A program made the translations under genes and the position numbers. Shown here one piece after another: positions 62,086 to 64,000 of a stretch of 64,000 nucleotides of DNA (position 1 is its first letter; every line of letters begins with the position of its first letter). Below the pieces are notes generated by a model. It was not told the DNA's origin. It saw only the letters and a program-made list of their open reading frames with translations, and ran no database searches. Source of the DNA: Eledone cirrhosa (Eukaryota); contig OZ024740.1 of assembly GCA_964016885.1 (NCBI GenBank), positions 168,330,001 through 168,394,000 on the forward strand, read 5' to 3'.

Positions 62086-62247
62086 TGAATGTGTGAGTAT
62101 GTTCGTGAATGTGCGTTTATTAATGTGTGCGTCTGTATATTTTGCATTTGTTCACGGTATCTTTATATATGTGAGTGGGGCTTATATTTGTGTGTGTGTG
62201 TGTGTGCATGCATGTATATATATATGTGTGTGTGCGTATGCGTGTTT

Positions 62248-62541
62248 GAGGGCGCATGGCTTAATAGTGAGTTCGGTTCAAGGTCATGTGTTCGTTCCAG
62301 GTGGCGCGTTCTGTCCTTAAGCAAAACATTCTATTTCATGTTTGCTCATGTTTACTCCGCTGTAAAAAGTTAATTGAACTTGTAATTAAAAGAAACTAGC
62401 CTTGCCACACATAATGTCACGCTGAATCTCCCTCAGAATTACGTTAAAAGACACACGTATGTATGTAATGCTCAGCCACCTGCATATTAATTTAATGAGC
62501 AAGCTGTTCCGTTAATCGAAAAACGGAAACACTAGGGCGTT
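62248..62541 (+). mobile_element. Diverged tRNA/CORE-like SINE
   Basis: A-box-like ggcgcatggcttaatagtg and a CORE-like tgtccttaagcaaaacatt segment. Confidence 0.45.
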
Positions 62542-63094
62542 TCATATTTATAGAGAAAACGTTTTTTGCTGGAATCACTTCATGTCGATTGCACCCTGAA
62601 TCCATTTCACATAACAGCTACACAAGCGAAAGGACGAGAAGATATGAATATATTTAGGGGTTGCATAGTTCGGTGTTTTCTTAATGCTATACTAAAAAAT
62701 GAAAAAAACATTTATTTCGACACATTTTGATTGTAGCCAGGTTGCATGTTTTGTCTATTTTTCTCTGTGTACATGCAGGAGATGTTTCTACCGTTTAAAT
62801 CAACCATAAACTTAAACTAAGTGTTAAGAAATAATTTTACATCGGTGATTTGTTCTCATTGTTTTCATTATTCGTTCAAAGAAGAATTATTTCGTATTAT
62901 GTTGATGGAGTGAGTTTTTCGATATTTGTTTTGATATTTCAATAAGATAATGAGTTAATCAGATTCTAATGCGAGGTTCATTGCATTGTTGGTTCAAGTG
63001 CTAGTTTTGCTATCGAGTGGTAAACACATTGATTTTCGTCAAGTTCCATCCAATGTTATAAAGTCACAAAATCATTTTCTTATCTTGTTTTTCA

Positions 63095-63980
63095 TAGTCT
63101 GAACGGATTCCAGAAATATAATGAAAACTGACATTCAGAATGCCATGTTAAAACGATGGCAAGAGAAATCCTTATATGGCCATTACCCCAAAAAGCTAAA
63201 TAGAAAGGAAGTAGACAAAGAAAACACACAAAACTGGTTCCGAAACACTGGACTAAAAGCTGAGATGGAAAGATTTCCAATTGCAGCGCAGGACCAGAGT
63301 CTACCTACCAGAAACTACCAGAAGTACATAATGAAACATAGCACTATAAGTAACTGGAGAATATGTAGAGATAATAAAGAAACAATCAACTACATAGTCT
63401 CTGGATGCCCAGTACTAGCCAAAAAGGAATATATCCATAGGCATGATAGAGTTGGAACCTTCATACACTGGAAATTATGCCAGCATTAGGAAATACCAAC
63501 AGAAAAAATATGGTATAAACATATACCAGAAAAAGCGTCAGAGAATGACAAAGCAACTATTCTCTGGGATATGCCAATACATACAAACAGAGAGATCAAG
63601 GCCAACCGACCAGATATTATAGTCAAAGATCACAAAGAAAAAATATGCCTTCTAATAGATGTATCTATCCCCACAGACGACAATATATCTTCCAAGGAAA
63701 TAGAGAAACTCTCCAAATATATAGATCTAGAGATAGAAATAACTCGACTGTGGAAAATGAAAACAATACCTATAATAATAGGTCCTCTAGGGATGATAAA
63801 AGAAAAACACTGACAAATACATAGCCAAATATATACAGCATACAAAAGATAGCACTACTAGGCACTGCACAGATATTACGAAAAGTAGATCAATACAATA
63901 AAACCAACATCAGCAAAAACTACACTGCTCCTACCCAAGGCGCACAGAGCTGTGCTCTGTAAAGCAGTAATGGTGCGCAA
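63095..63980 (+). mobile_element. 3' fragment of R4/Dong-type LINE
   Basis: AAQDQSL, RIC...ETINYIVSGC, HRHD, ANRPDII...LLIDVSIP, EKLSKY. Confidence 0.85.
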
Positions 63981-64000
63981 AAAAAATTAAAAAAATTATT

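Overview
This is AT-rich, microsatellite-saturated animal genomic DNA, not prokaryotic. The tRNA-derived SINEs and repeat landscape resemble an octopod cephalopod (inference). One host gene is recoverable by manual splicing on the + strand (exons 13574-13774, 17760-17972, 24196-24464, all phase 1). It encodes a non-canonical C-type-lectin-like domain fused to a PAN/apple domain. Most other recognisable sequence is transposon-derived: an intact Penelope-like element (PLE; 1238-aa RT + GIY-YIG ORF), several decayed PLEs, a Helitron with both termini, a near-intact L1/Tx1 LINE, three R4/Dong-type LINE relics, an RTE fragment, SINEs and a mariner-type MITE. The most striking signal is invisible in the ORF track: more than 20 type-I hammerhead ribozyme (HHR) motifs read by eye, from about ten sequence families. 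Many sit in short non-coding elements embedded in (TA)n, arranged as fold-back palindromes or as more-than-unit-length repeats (320, 538 and 700 nt units, one HHR per unit). Several families also share an ACTC...GAGT hairpin downstream of the HHR. This suggests a retrozyme-like set of non-autonomous elements mobilised by PLEs. All structures were folded by eye and no computation was run.
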